Shown: one piece after another, positions 43,960 to 58,687 of the stretch
Position numbering within the stretch: position 1 is the first letter of the stretch
How the letters are laid out: every line of letters starts with the position of its first letter
Assembly: GCA_964016885.1 (NCBI GenBank)
Contig: OZ024742.1
Coordinates: 171,120,001 to 171,184,000, forward strand
DNA length: 64,000 bases
Direction: 5' to 3'
From: Eledone cirrhosa
Lineage: Eukaryota
Notes under the pieces: model-generated
The model's database searches: none
The model's input: only the letters and a program-made list of their open reading frames with translations
What the model was told of the DNA's origin: nothing
Translations under genes and position numbers: made by a program

Positions 43960-46291
43960 TATAGATGAACATTGATGCAACTGTCCGTAGTTTCTGACCC
44001 CCAAGCATTTTATAGATAAACACTGATGCAACTGTCCGTAGTTTCTGACCCCCAAGCATTTTATAGATAAACACAGATGCAACTGTCCGTAGTTTCTGAC
44101 CCCCAAGCATTTTATAGATAAACACTGATGCAACTGTCCGTAGTTTCTGACCTCCAAGCATTTTATAGATAAACATTGATGCAACTGTCCGTAGTTTCTG
44201 ACCCCCAAGCATTTTATAGATAAACACTGATGCAACTGTCCGTAGTTTCTGACCCCCAAGCATTTTATAGATAAACACAGATGCAACTGTCCGTAGTTTC
44301 TGACCCCCAAGCATTTTATAGATAAACACTGATGCAACTGTCCGTAGTTTCTGACCCCCAAGCATTTTATAGATAAACACTGACGCAATTGTTCGTAGTT
44401 TCTGACCCCCAAGCATTTTATAGATAAACACTGATGCAACTGTCCGTAGTTTCTGACCCCCAAGCATTTTATAGATAAAGACTGATGCAACTGTCCGTAG
44501 TTTCTGACCCCCAAGCATTTTATAGATAAACACTGATGCAACTGTCCGTAGTTTCTGACCCCCAAGCATTTTATAGATAAACACAGATGCAACTGTCCGT
44601 AGTTTCTGACCCCCAAGCATTTTATAGATAAACACTGATGCAACTGTCCGTAGTTTCTGACCCCCAAGCATTTTATAGATAAACACTGACGCAATTGTTC
44701 GTAGTTTCTGACCCCCAAGCATTTTATAGATAAACACTGATGCAACTGTCCGTAGTTTCTGACCCCCAAGCATTTTATAGATAAACACTGATGCAACTGT
44801 CCGTAGTTTCTGACCCCCAAGCATTTTATAGATAAACACTGATGCAACTGTCCGTAGTTTCTGACCCCCAAGCATTTTATAGATAAACACTGACGCAATT
44901 GTTCGTAGTTTCTGACCCCCAAGCATTTTATAGATAAACACTGATGCAACTGTCCGTAGTTTCTGACCCCCAAGCATTTTATAGATAAACACTGATGCAA
45001 CTGTCCGTAGTTTCTGACCCCCAAGCATTTTATAGATAAACACTGATGCAACTGTCCGTAGTTTCTGACCCCCAAGCATTTTATAGATAAACACTGATGC
45101 AACTGTCCGTCGTTTCTGACCCCCAAGCATTTTATAGATAAACACTGATGCAACTGTCCGTAGTTTCTGACCCCCCAAGCATTTTATAGATAAACACTGA
45201 CGCAATTGTTCGTAGTTTCTGACCCCCAAGCATTTTATAGATAAACACTGATGCAACTGTCCGTAGTTTCTGACCCCCAAGCATTTTATAGATAAACACT
45301 GATGCAACTGTCCGTAGTTTCTGACCCCCAAGCATTTTATAGATAAACACTGATGCAACTGTCCGTAGTTTCTGACCCCCAAGCATTTTATAGATAAACA
45401 CTGACGCAATTGTTCGTAGTTTCTGACCCCCAAGCATTTTATAGATAAACACTGATGCAACTGTCCGTAGTTTCTGACCCCCAAGCATTTTATAGATAAA
45501 CACTGATGCAACTGTCCGTAGTTTCTGACCCCCAAGCATTTTATAGATAAACACTGATGCAACTGTCCGTAGTTTCTGACCCCCAAGCATTTTATAGATA
45601 AACACTGATGCAACTGTCCGTAGTTTCTGACCCCCAAGCATTTTATAGATAAACACTGATGCAACTGTCCGTAGTTTCTGACCCCCAAGCATTTTATAGA
45701 TAAACACTGACGCAATTGTTCGTAGTTTCTGACCCCCAAGCATTTTATAGATAAACACTGATGCAACTGTCCGTAGTTTCTGACCTCCAAGCATTTTATA
45801 GATAAACACTGATGCAACTGTCCGTAGTTTCTGACCCCCAAGCATTTTATAGATAAACACTGATGCAACTGTCCGTAGTTTCTGACCCCCAAGCATTTTA
45901 TAGATAAACACTGATGCAACTGTCCGTAGTTTCTGACCCCCAAGCATTTTATAGATAAACACTGATGCAACTGTCCGTCGTTTCTGACCCCCAAGCATTT
46001 TATAGATAAACACTGATGCAACTGTCCGTAGTTTCTGACCCCCAAGCATTTTATAGATAAACACTGACGCAATTGTTCGTAGTTTCTGACCCCCAAGCAT
46101 TTTATAGATAAACACTGATGCAACTGTCCGTAGTTTCTGACCCCCAAGCATTTTATAGACAAACACTGATGCAACTGTCCGTAGTTTCTGACCCCCAAGC
46201 ATTTTATAGATAAACACTGATGCAACTGTCCGTCGTTTCTGACCCCCAAGCATTTTATAGATAAACACTGATGCAATTGTTCGTAGTTTCT
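43960..46291. repeat. Homogeneous 51-bp minisatellite, about 46 copies
   Basis: Unit cactgatgcaactgtccgtagtttctgacccccaagcattttatagataaa; 17-aa periodic ORFs; 1-bp insertion near 45171. Confidence 0.98.
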
Positions 46292-47111
46292 AATTCTCAG
46301 CATTATAAATTAACATTAATGCAATTTTCCATAGTCTTCGATCCTCTGTAATGAGGACTTGCAGAGACCAGAGCCAGATGTATAATGCTGAAAACAGTAC
46401 TAGATAGCAGTTCAAAATGGTGAAGAAATTGAGAAAACCTGGAATACATGGGGTGGAACGGGAACTGGGTCTCTGGGAACAACATTTGGCAATATTTGTT
46501 ATACGTTGGAACTTTCTCCTGTATTCCACTTTACTTAACTTTCTTCGTTTGCCCTTAATCTTGTGAATCTGAAATAACATTTAACTTCATCTTATGTCTG
46601 TCTGTGTCTCTCTCTCTCCTCTCTTTCACCATCTCTCTCCTCTCTCACTCCCTCTCTCCCCTCTCACTCTCTCTCCCCTCTCACTCTCTATCTCTCTCCT
46701 CTCACTCCCTCTCTCTCCTCTCACTCTCTCTCCCCGCTCACTCTCTCTCTCCTCTCACTCACTTTCTCTCCTCTCACTCTCTTTCTCCCCTCTCACTCTC
46801 TCTCTCTCCTCTCACTATCTCTCGTAGTCTTTTAATCCCTTTCTCTCCCTGCCTGTCTTTACAATGATCAAAATCTATACTACAGTTGTATAAAAATTAA
46901 TATTTCCTATAGCTTCCTCCTGCCCGTCACCCTTCACATCATTATCACAAATATCATCATCATCATCTCTAGGTTTTATGTCATATATATATACATATAT
47001 ATATATATGTATATATATTTCACAGATTATATAATAGAGTATATCTACTATAAATATATTTTCAGCAGCTTTGTAAAAGCACAAATATATAAACAGCCCT
47101 CCTCACTTCCT

Positions 47112-47210
<99 letters not shown>

Positions 47211-48621
47211 ATAGATATGTATATATACTCACACACATGTATATATGTGTGTGTATATATATATATATATAAATATGCAAATATGTACATCATTTCATTA
47301 ATTCTTTCATTTCTGCTGCTTTCATATATATTTCATTGAAGTTCTGATGATATTATATATTAGTTGCTGATCAAATATTAATCAATATTCTTCCCAATAT
47401 TGGGCAACTCAATAAAAGAAATGAGTTGGTAGAACTATTTACATACCAATACCAGACTATGTGCCAAAAAATGAGCCTTTACATATTAACTCAACCTATA
47501 GAAATAGCAGCCAATTTTTGCCTCAAATCATTCATCATACTGAATGTACTATGAGTAGGACATGTTAAATAATGTAGTCCCATGCACTCCTCAAATGAGG
47601 AGATGCTCACAGCTTGAATGTCTTTGTTTATACATTTGTTTAACCAGGATTGCTCTGGGGATAAATAACAGCAACACCATTATCATCATAACTATCATAA
47701 TTTTATACCCCATTTCCATGTTGGCATGGGTTGGATAAGTCCCCATACTCTGAAATACGACTTGTCAGAGAGCTACTTCTTGCTTATACATCCCATATTT
47801 GGTATAATTTCTACAGCTGGCTACCCGTCCTAATAACAACCACTTTGCAATATGAACTGGCTGCATTTTATTGAGGTATCAGCACTAATACTTTACAGAG
47901 TGTGTTGGTTGAATTTAATCATGGCTCCTACACTAGAGAGGTAACTATATATTTGGCAAAACTGAAGAGTCCTCTATACCCTATATTGTCTCTGTTTGCC
48001 AACAACTTTACATCCACAAAAATGTTGTTTCAAAATAGGAGACTTATAATGTTATAATGAAATGTGTTCCAATCCATGCCCATCTCATATTTCTTTCTCT
48101 TGGACACTAATAATCTAGGACTACATTATCCAATGTGTATCTGCGTTTTCTAGATGGATGTGTGGGGTTTTGTGGAAAATTAGGCTGCTATTTCTAGCAA
48201 GATGAGTAACCATAATAAGTAGGTAATCAAACATAATTTGGACATCTGCAGTATTTGAAGAGAAAATATAAAAGAGATATAAAGTAAATAGCTATTTAAG
48301 GTAAGTAAATAGCTATTTAATATCAATTTTATTCATTGTCCTATAGATAACTAACTTTGAAATTATGGCTTATGGAAGAAAGAGAATAAAATATTAAGCT
48401 TTATAATTATTAGACAGTTTAATACAATAGTGAAATAAGTGAGAAAAGAATGTTCTTTCTATCAATATGAAAAATTGGGTTTATATAAATATAAAATATG
48501 TAGTGTAGAGCAAAAATATATATATTATATGTAGATATGTATGTGTCTATTTATGTATGTGTGTAATGTATGTATGTACATACGTCTGTATGTATACATA
48601 CATACATATATATATCTATGT

Positions 48622-48830
48622 AAAAGGCAAACAGAAATAACAACACAATCGGTACAGTATATGGAAGGTATATATTAGGTTAATGCTTGAAATAGCAGAA
48701 GAGGGTCTTAACGTTTCGGACGCTAGTCCTCCATCAGAAGAAAGAATGAGAAATTAGAAAGATTGAATGGATGGGCAGGGTGGAATTGAAAACATGTTTT
48801 TAGAGAAAAATAACAGGTCCATTCATGTAT
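48622..48830 (-). mobile_element. pLTR-like insert, second copy of the 5985-6182 family (core CTGATGG)
   Basis: Clear similarity to 5985-6182. Confidence 0.78.
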
Positions 48831-48839
48831 AAATAAAAG

Positions 48840-49245
48840 ATAGGGTTCCTCCAAAGGCTCTCTGGAGTAATGTTACTCGATAGACTGCATAGGTTGGAGA
48901 TCAGAGAGTCACTCCAGGTAGAGTTGCTACTTCTCTGAATTGGGAGGGCACAATTCCAATATTATGGACATGTGGCTAGAATGTCTCAGAAGAGAATTGC
49001 TGGACAGATTTTACGGCAAAACCAACTGGCAGGAAACCCATTGGTAGACCCCCAAGCAAGATGGTTGGGTAACAGTCACAAGCTCAGCTGGTCTCGCTTA
49101 GGGATCCAGCTGGATAAATTGGAGACGATTGCTATTGTCTGGACCTATTGGAAGGAGTGTTTGAGGACTCTGCATCCATGACCCTCCTAGGAATAAGTGG
49201 GTGAAGAAGAAGAAGAAGAAGAAGAAGAAGAAGAAGAAGAAGAAG
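48840..49245 (+). mobile_element. Expander/Rex3-like RTE 3' fragment with (GAA)n tail
   Basis: YGHVARMSQKRIAGQIL...LSWSRLGI...WKECLRTLHP followed by gaagaagaa. Confidence 0.7.
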
Positions 49246-49418
49246 ATAGGATAGGGTGTCTTACATTCAATGTTAAATCATTTTGATATCAAGATGGGAA
49301 TGGTTTAAGCTCGATCATCAAACTCTTTATCCAATACAAATATCTACACTTTACCTCCCTTAAGTTTGGAACAATTAGTTGAATAAAGGTCTTACTAGTT
49401 TTATCTAGAAACATCGCA

Positions 49419-49419
<1 letters not shown>

Positions 49420-49465
<46 letters not shown>

Positions 49466-50758
49466 TTTACGTCCGCTTTTCCCTGCTTGCAAGGGTTGGA
49501 CGGGTCCTATTCAGCACAGCATCTCTCCACTTGTCAAGGTCCTTCGTCATCTCCTCGGTGAGTTTCAGCGATCTGAGGTCTGCTCTCACCATCGCCACCC
49601 ATGTTTTTCGTGTTCTACCTCTACTGCGTCTTCCTTCTACTGGGATTTCTTGGCACTTCTTTACCCAGCGGTCATCCTCCATGCGCATCACATGTCCATA
49701 TCATCTCAGCCTTCTCTCCTGCACACCACAACTTGTCCCTCTTATACCCAGTTTCATTCTCAACCTGTCCATGCTTGGTCGTTCACGCACATTGACATTG
49801 CACATCCAACGGAGCATACTTGCTTCATTTCTCTCCAGCTGTCGCAAATCTTCTGTAGTTGCTGCCCATGTCTCACTACCATACAGCGTCACGCATCTCA
49901 CACAGGCATCATATAACTATCCTTTCGTACGCAGGGAGAAACCCTTCTTTGTCAACAGAGGAAGCAGCTCCCTAGACTTCTCCCAACCCGTCCTTATTAT
50001 AGATACTATGGCCTCAGAACACCCCCCTCCCATGCTAATTTGATCACCTAGGTACTGGAAGCTATCACCCACTTCTATAGAACCCACCTGCATTGGAAAA
50101 ATGTGCCTATCACTGCGATTACTACTACCAACTTTCCCTGTACATCTACTGCATACGTAGTTTTCCCTACCTGTTTGTTTGCCTGCTATCCCACTACATC
50201 TCTACATCTCTTATGTACTCAATATCTGCATTGCGTACATTTTATGGAATTTATGCCAGTTCATTTCCTACACATCGAACACGGCCATTTCGCTGATGGA
50301 ATCAGACTATTGTCCTCTCTTCTACTTAACACTTTTGTCTTAGCTATGTTCACTCGCAGTCCCCTTGATTCCAACTGCTGTTTCCATAGCCAGAATTTAT
50401 TCTCTAACTCCTCTACTGATTCTGTTATAAGAACCAGATCATCAGCATCGAGAGGTTCCCATGGGCATCCAGTCTTAAACTCCTCTGTTATGGCTTGGAG
50501 GACAAGAGCGGGCTGAGGACCGATCCCTGATGTACACCTTCTTGTATCTGGAATTCCTCACTAAACTCCATACCTACTCTCACTTTACTGACAGAACCCC
50601 TGTACATGGCTTGCACTGTCCTCACAAGCCATTCCTCTACACCTAGTTTCCTTAGGGACCACCAGATGACAGATCGGGGTACCCTATCAAAGGCCTTCTC
50701 TAGGTCAACTAAGTATAGTGGCTTATTCTTCTCTAAGAACTTCTCTTGTAGTTGAACA
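49420..50758 (-). mobile_element. RTE LINE 3' half (RT, PHD, tail), decayed
   Basis: QLQEKFLEKNKPLYL.DLEKAFDRVPR, GVHQGSVLSP, LERNEASMLRWMC. Confidence 0.93.
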
Positions 50759-50934
50759 TCATCATTGGATTTATATCGACTTTTCCATGCTGACATGGGT
50801 TGGACAGGACCTTTTGAGGCATGCTTTACAATTGGATGCCCCACCTGACACTAATCCTTTTAGTTACTTCTCTTAACATGCTGGGATACAATCTACCTAT
50901 TCTCAACCTAATATCCATCTGCATATACAGAAAC

Positions 50935-51105
50935 ACAACAGAAACCCTCCATCTCAATTTCACTTTTGAAAAGCATTAGAACTGTGAAACCGGTAAAGTA
51001 AATAAATAAATATTCTTAAAAGACTCCAGTTGCATTTTCAATTTCTTTTCCTTATACTTTCACCCATGTGGGACATGTCGTTTTTTTTTTTTTAAATCAT
51101 TTTGT
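50935..51105 (+). mobile_element. pLTR-like insert with variant hammerhead (50962-50999)
   Basis: ACTT TTGAAAA GCA ttagaac TGT GAAA CCGG TA AAGT. Confidence 0.55.
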
Positions 51106-51262
51106 TATATATATATATATATGTCTATATATATATTTATATATATATAATACTCCGTCCAACCCATGCTAGCATGGAAGATAGATGTTAAACGATGATG
51201 ATGATGATGATATAAAGAGGAAAATGCGAATTTGAAGATGTTAGGGTCGTTTATTAATTGAG

Positions 51263-51305
51263 CTGTTATACATATTTCAATAGATACCATGATTTCTTCA
51301 AACAG
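51263..51305 (-). ncRNA. Variant hammerhead, related to the 10046 family
   Basis: Minus strand: CTGT TTGAAGA AAT catggtatct ATT GAAA TATGTA TA ACAG. Confidence 0.55.
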
Positions 51306-51699
51306 AAAATATTGATTAAAAGGTAACATTTCCGAGGCAATGTTTGGTAGAAGGGAACGGACTAAAAAAATGTATGTTTTTACTTTGGGTGTCTGCTCCC
51401 TTCTAACCTAACTTTCAGAACATCCCAACAGCTCTGCATATTTTCCTCTTTATTAATATACTACGTCATCCTTGTTTTTAGGAAGTAATATGACGTTGAG
51501 TGTTGCATCATTGTATACTGAATATATATTGCTCTTACATCTCTCTCTCATGACCACCTGATTCTATTACCTACAGATTTAACCATCTGCTTTGTTGAGG
51601 CTTCCAAACGACTATTTTATATATATACATATATATATATGTTGATTTAAAACTGCACTATCCACAAGTGTTTTTTAACCTTCATATCATGTCTTCCTA

Positions 51700-51766
51700 T
51701 TTTATCTGATGAAAACACAAATATTATTGCATGATGATATTTGTTTTTGAAATGCGCATAATAAAA
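51700..51766 (+). ncRNA. Intact minimal hammerhead ribozyme in a (TA)n-flanked insert (51640-51800)
   Basis: TTTTAT CTGATGA AAACACAAATATTAT tgcatg ATGATATTTGTTTTT GAAA TGCGCA TA ATAAAA. Confidence 0.85.
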
Positions 51767-51796
51767 TACATGGAACTCTTTTAACCATCTTTTGAT

Positions 51797-51873
<77 letters not shown>

Positions 51874-52530
51874 GTGTGTGTGTATGTGTGTGTGTTTGAT
51901 AATTGAGTCCTACCAATTTTCTCAGGTAGGAGGCTTTATTGTTACACACCTGATAAACCTTCAATGAAAGCTAAATGTTACATAGCTATGAGCTGTAGCA
52001 ACAACAAAAATACCCTCCCCATAACTCAATCACTATCTACCCAAATTGAAACCATGATTAAAAATATCTTTATTCAGCTAACAAAACAAGTTTTTCTTGT
52101 AAATAGATTAAGTATTTTATTTAGGAAACAGAAAATTTTGACTTTATTTTTCTCTTAAATTATTTTCAGAGTATTTTAACAATTTTTTAGTTTTTTAAAG
52201 TTAGAAATGTTCAATTGTTAAAAGTAAGATTAACTGTCTCTATGTCTGAGATAAATTTCTGCTATTAAAGTTTACAATTTTCCATACTATTAAGCTTATC
52301 TTTAGACTGTATATTTACAATATTTATATCTACATTATATTTCAATCAGTTTTATTTCCGATTGTCTGGGACCATGTACATACATAGGCACATTGACAAA
52401 CACACACACATATATATACATTAATATATATATATATTAACACACATATATATACATTAATATATATATATTAACACACACATATATATGTATATATATA
52501 TATATAAACATATATATATATAAATATATT

Positions 52531-52583
<53 letters not shown>

Positions 52584-54111
52584 ATACATACATGTACATA
52601 CACATACATACAAGCACGTACATACAAACACATACATACGTAAATACATACATAAACACACACATATATATACATTCATACATACATACATATACATACA
52701 CATACATACATCACACATACATATATATTCTTTTAATCTTTTATTGGTTTCAGTCATAAAATTGTGGCCATGTTTTATTTGTTAAACCACTAAATGTTGC
52801 GATATAAACACCAACACAAACATAATCACAGGTGTCACACATACATAGACACACACCTATATATATATATATATATATATATAATCATCTATTTTATTTT
52901 GTTTACATCTATTTTCCATGCTTGAATGGGTTAGAACAGTTGTCACATTCTGAAACTAGACAAGTCAGGTGACTGTAACTTGCACACACACTCCATTTTT
53001 GGCAAGGTTTCTATGGCTAGATGCATTTTACTGGATGCATTTTATTATGGCACCAGCACTAATACCTTACAGGATGGACTGGTTACTTTTTTATTGTGGC
53101 ACCAACACTACCACTTTACTGAGTGTTTTGGGTCCATTTTATTATGGCACCAAAGCAATTCTAAACAGATTGTGCTGTGTATTTTATCATGGCATTAGTA
53201 CTACACATTTACACAAGGAGGGTACTAATATAATCAGCTCCCATAGTTTCCATCTCCCTAATTCCAATTGAAGACTATAACAGAAGTCATTTGCCCAAGG
53301 CGCCACACAATAAGATCGAACCCAAGACCTTATTGTTGTAAAGCAAACTTATTAATCACATATCCATGCCTGCACCTCTATATGTATTTACATTATAAAA
53401 CTAATATAAATTTGTTAAAATTGACTAACTAGAGGATTCTTGTAGTAACCAAATGTTAACCCTTTTGATTCTAACCCACCTAAACTTGCTATTGCTTCAC
53501 TGACATGAAACTACTTATTTCAGGATACTTATAGTTAAACTAAAACTGTTGACGTTTTATCTCAGAATATTTTTCTAAATCACCCCAATTTTATTTATGT
53601 TTTCAAAATTAATTTAACAACTTTTCAGATATAAATATGTTTATAATATATTAACAGTATTAAAGTATGTGTTCTGCATGAAAACAGCAGGTAACCCTAA
53701 TGAATGTTTTGTAATATCCTTATGAATATGTATGTAGCTTGTTGAATATTATATTACGTAAACATACAGACAGACACACATACATACACACATAGTCAAA
53801 CACACACACATATCCGATATACACATATATATATACATGCATTGTCAGGAATGAAAAACATGATAAAAATATAGTGTTAATACAGATATTGGAAATATAT
53901 ACATAAATGTTGAGATTAATAGTTTGAAAAACTAGAATTTCTAGTTCTTATTAGGTGGTAATAGTTATAAATTTGAAAATTAAAGACAAACATGCATTAT
54001 TCTAAATTAAAATTTCATTCAATATATCACAAAAGTTAAAAAAGAAATTGTTGAATTTTAATTTTAAAATTTAAATTTAATCTTCACTGTCTCAACTTTT
54101 AAACCATTTAA

Positions 54112-54298
54112 TAATAATTGTTTCTACTTTAGGCACAAGGCCAGCAATTACCCAGTGCATTACTGGTACTTTATTTTATCGACCCCGTAAGGATGAAAGG
54201 CAAAGTCAACCTCGGCGGGATTTGAACTCACATCGTAAAGGGACATAACTATGCTGGAAAGCATGGCGTCCGACCCTCTACCGATACTGCCAATCCAC
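54112..54298 (-). mobile_element. SINE family A
   Basis: Reverse complement of 16612-16800; flanking catttaataataat repeat. Confidence 0.88.
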
Positions 54299-54839
54299 AT
54301 TTAATAATAATGTCACTTTTTCCCATGATTTTTTTTCTGAAAATTCTCTTATATATCTGCTGAATTTGCATAATCATTAGGATGCTGGAATAAATGCCTT
54401 TGTATTTTTGTATTTGTTCTAGCTGTCAGTGCTCTGAGTTTAAATCCCACTGAAAGTTTGCCTTTCACCTTTTCAGGGTTGATGATTAATGATCCCAGGG
54501 TTGAGGAATGGTGGATTGGTGGAATTGTTAGTGTGTTGAACAGAATGCTTTACTGTATCTGACCTGATACTATCTACAAAGAGTTGGATTTTGTAGATAG
54601 TATCAACAACTGAAAGATTAATGGAAACAAAGATTTCCTTTGTCTGATTTGATGATCAGCTCTTTTCCCTTCTCTTTTTATCGGACTAATTATGAAAATT
54701 CTCATTAACAAAATTAAAACACAGATCTTTTTCAAACTAGTAATGACAAGAATTGTTTCCTCCCCCTACATCTACATACAAAGGAAGATGTTCAGAGTTA
54801 ATTGATAGTAGCAGTGACAATGATGTAAATCTTTTCCAG

Positions 54840-55456
54840 GAAGGATCCGTAGAATTGATTAATAACTTTTGTTATCTAGGTGATTTAATTAGCCATACAG
54901 GGGGTGTTCGAAGAATACAGTATCTAGAATAAGGATAGGATGGAAGAAGTTTAGGGAACTGCTACCTTTGTTGACAACAAAGGTTTTTCCCTCTGTATGG
55001 AAGGTTGGCTGTATGTTATCGGTGTGTAAAGTGCTATGCTGTATAGCTCTGAAACATGGGCAGTGACTGCAGAGGATATGTGCAGGCTGTAGAAAAATGA
55101 AGCTAGCATGCTTTGATGGATGTGCAATGTTAATGAAGGTGAATGACAGGGCTTGGATGAACTGTGAGAAAAACTGAGTAAAAGAGGAATGAAAAGTAGT
55201 GTGCAAGAGAGAAGACTGTGTTTGTATGAACATGTCATACACATGGATGGTGATTGCTGGGTGAAGAAGTATCAAGAAATCCCAATGAAAGGAACCTGCA
55301 GTAGAGGAAGGTGAAGATTGGGAAGATGAAATGTGAGCTGATATCAAATCAATGAAACTCACAGTGAAGATGATAAAGGATCGTAATGTGTGAAATGAGG
55401 ATTTGTTGAAAAGGATTCGTCCAACCCATGCAAGCATAAAAACGATGATGATGATA
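54840..55456 (+). mobile_element. Decayed RTE 3' fragment
   Basis: GSVELINNFCYLGD..SRIRIGWKKFRELLPLL remnants. Confidence 0.85.
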
Positions 55457-55734
55457 GCTTGTTTATATGGAATTATGCATTGATAAAATGATTGATGCAA
55501 TTCTAGATGTTGTAGAAACATATTTTTGAAGTAGTGTTGCTCCTAGTTGTTAAAAGTTAAGATTTGCATGATTTGATATATTTTCCCATTCAGATATTGT
55601 TTTATCTCTTAATGTCCTGTTCCACATGAAGCCACATTATGAATAAATTCTTGAAAAGAACAAAACAGTGTTATGTAGTCATGACATTATACATTTAAGT
55701 CTTTTCTCAAATATAGCAAATTTTTACAACAATC

Positions 55735-57197
55735 AACTAAACCGCCACCACAACCAACAATAACAGGATCCAAAACTACAACAAAGCAGCACCACTATAA
55801 CAGCAACTGCACTGACAACAATAGCAACAATAACAACTAAAATAACAGCAACAACATCAACTACAACAACTAAAAAGAGCATCTATAATAACAATAGCAA
55901 TTAAAATTATAACAATAGCATTAAGTAAGTACAACAACAGCAACTGCAATAACAACAGCTATAAAAACCTTATCAGCAACATCAGCAACATCCTCATCTT
56001 CAACTTCATCAACAACATCCCCCGCCTCATCATCATCATCAACAACAACAACCTCCTCCTCCTCATCTTCATCATCATCAACACCATCATCATCAACAAT
56101 CTCCACCCCTCCCCGTCCTCCTCATCATCATCATCATCTTCATCAACATCAACAACAATCTAATCCACCCTCTTCATTATCATCATCATCATCATCATCA
56201 TACTCGTCATCATCACCATCATCATCACCACAATAACCACCATCATCACCACCACCACCACCACCACCACCACCACCACCACCACCATAACCACCATCAC
56301 CATCATCATCACCACCACCACCACCTCTACCAGCACCACCACCACCATAACCACCATCACCATCATCATCACCACCACCACCACCTCTACCAGCAACACC
56401 ACCACCACCACCACCACCACCACCTCTACCAGCACCACCACCACCATAATCACCATCACCATCATCATCACCACCATCACCACTATCTTCATCATCCTCA
56501 CCGACAACAGCATCCTCACCACCCCCACCACCATCACCACCAAAACCACCACCATCATCACTATCACCAACTTCATCGTCACCACCATCATCACCATCAC
56601 CACCACCACCATCATCACCACCACCACCATTACTAACATCACTACCACCATCATCATCACCACCACCATCACCACCATCATCACCACCACCACCATTACT
56701 AACATCACTACCACCACCACCACCACCACCACCACCACTACTAACATCCCTACCACCATTATCATCATCACCACTACTAACATCCCTACCACCATTATCA
56801 TCATCACCACCACCGCCACCACCACCATCATCACCATCACCACCACCACCACCACCACCACCACCACCAACACCACCATCATCACCACCACCACCACCAC
56901 CACCATTACTAACATCCCTACCACCATCATCATCATCACCACCACCACCACCACCACCACCACCATCATCACCATCATCACCATCACCACTACCACCGCC
57001 ACCATTACTAACATCCTTACCATCATCATCATCACCACCACCACCATCATCACCATCACCACCACCACCACCACCACCATCATCACCATCACCACCACCA
57101 CACCACCACCACCATTACTAACATCACTACCACCAACCTCATCACCACCACCATCACCATCACCACCACCACCACCGTTACTAACATCACTACCACC

Positions 57198-57231
<34 letters not shown>

Positions 57232-57232
57232 T
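55735..57232. repeat. (CAA)/(CAT)/(CAC)n trinucleotide low-complexity tract
   Basis: Direct reading. Confidence 0.95.
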
Positions 57233-57635
57233 GAACAACCCTCAACAACAATATAGAATCTATTGAAATGTGAATCCCGATCCTTCGATTCATGACATTT
57301 GCAACTAGAAGATAACAGTTATATAAATTATTGTGGAAACTGTCTCGGTTCAACTATATGGATGATTCAATACATCGATGATTCAATGCTATGCATGATT
57401 CAATATTTTAAATAATTTAGATAGCAAATATCTTCCCAGCAATGAATTGTTAACCAGCGTTCTATTGTATTGATTAATCCCCAATATCATTGGATTAGCC
57501 ATTTTATTGGGAATGGGATCACTTTCTGCTGTCGCTGACCTTTACATAGAAACAATCTATTTTCATTCTATACTTGAATCATACTCTCTTTCTGTATCCC
57601 CCTCTCTCTCTCTGTCTGTATGTCTGTATCACCCC

Positions 57636-57710
<75 letters not shown>

Positions 57711-57789
57711 CCTTCTTCCTTTACCTAACACCATGAAAAACTAATGATGTATGCATGCAGGCATATATATATATACATACACACAGACA

Positions 57790-57839
<50 letters not shown>

Positions 57840-57904
57840 GAATAAATGGAGAAGAAAGAAATACGTTTAAAACCAAACTTTACATCTTACATATCTCTAC
57901 TTAA

Positions 57905-57975
<71 letters not shown>

Positions 57976-57982
<7 letters not shown>

Positions 57983-58260
57983 GTTACACAAGATTCAATG
58001 AGTATGTCAAAGAATGAGTTTTACAGTATATTGGAAGGACTCTACGAAAATATAATTTTCCAGAGTTATTAATGTTCAAATACAAATATTAATAAAATAG
58101 ATGTTCTTTTGATCAATTACATTTTATTATACATATGTATAATTATATTTGTCATGTATCATTATATTTTGTCTGATAAAGGACGTACAGTTGTACACTC
58201 CGAAATATGTATAATAAAATGTAATTGATCAAAAGAACATCTATTTTATTAATATTTGTA

Positions 58261-58264
<4 letters not shown>
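57976..58264. mobile_element. Fold-back pLTR element with a degenerate hammerhead (core 58173-58179)
   Basis: Arms 58078-58135 and 58206-58263; CTGATAA AGGA cGTACA gt TGTAC ac TCC GAAA TATG TA. Confidence 0.65.
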
Positions 58265-58346
<82 letters not shown>

Positions 58347-58447
58347 GAGTAGAAGGAAGAATACTGCGTGGTTTGCACATGGGTTACATATGATAAAAAT
58401 AGTCCTTCGTCAGTGATTTTCCAACCATCATTGGTATTTCATCGCAT

Positions 58448-58487
<40 letters not shown>

Positions 58488-58687
58488 CATATACATATAT
58501 ACATACACATATGTATACTATATATATATATATATATGTGTGTGCGTGTGTGTGTGTATGTGTGTGTGTGTGTGAGTGTATGCAAACAGTGAAAGAGAGC
58601 GAAAGAGAAAGAGAAAGGATGAGAGAGAGAAAAGATGGGAGATTGTTTGTGTTGTAGTTGTGTCTTTACATAAATCGCTCCTTGCCA

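Noticed and set aside
43925-46303. 792-aa repeat protein or CRISPR-like array
   Set aside because: Head-to-tail 51-bp units with no unique spacers; the ORF changes peptide at a 1-bp indel, so openness is a by-product of unit length
46290-46580. Minus-strand 96-aa ORF with a tttcag acceptor
   Set aside because: No recognisable homology or clear donor; conflicts with the + strand exon candidate
47340-47395. CTGATGA followed by a hairpin as a hammerhead
   Set aside because: No GAAA element or convincing stem I/III
56160-57353. 397-aa Val/Met-rich ORF; also His/Asp-rich ORFs at 58.9-59.5 kb
   Set aside because: Trinucleotide simple repeats with no domain or splice evidence
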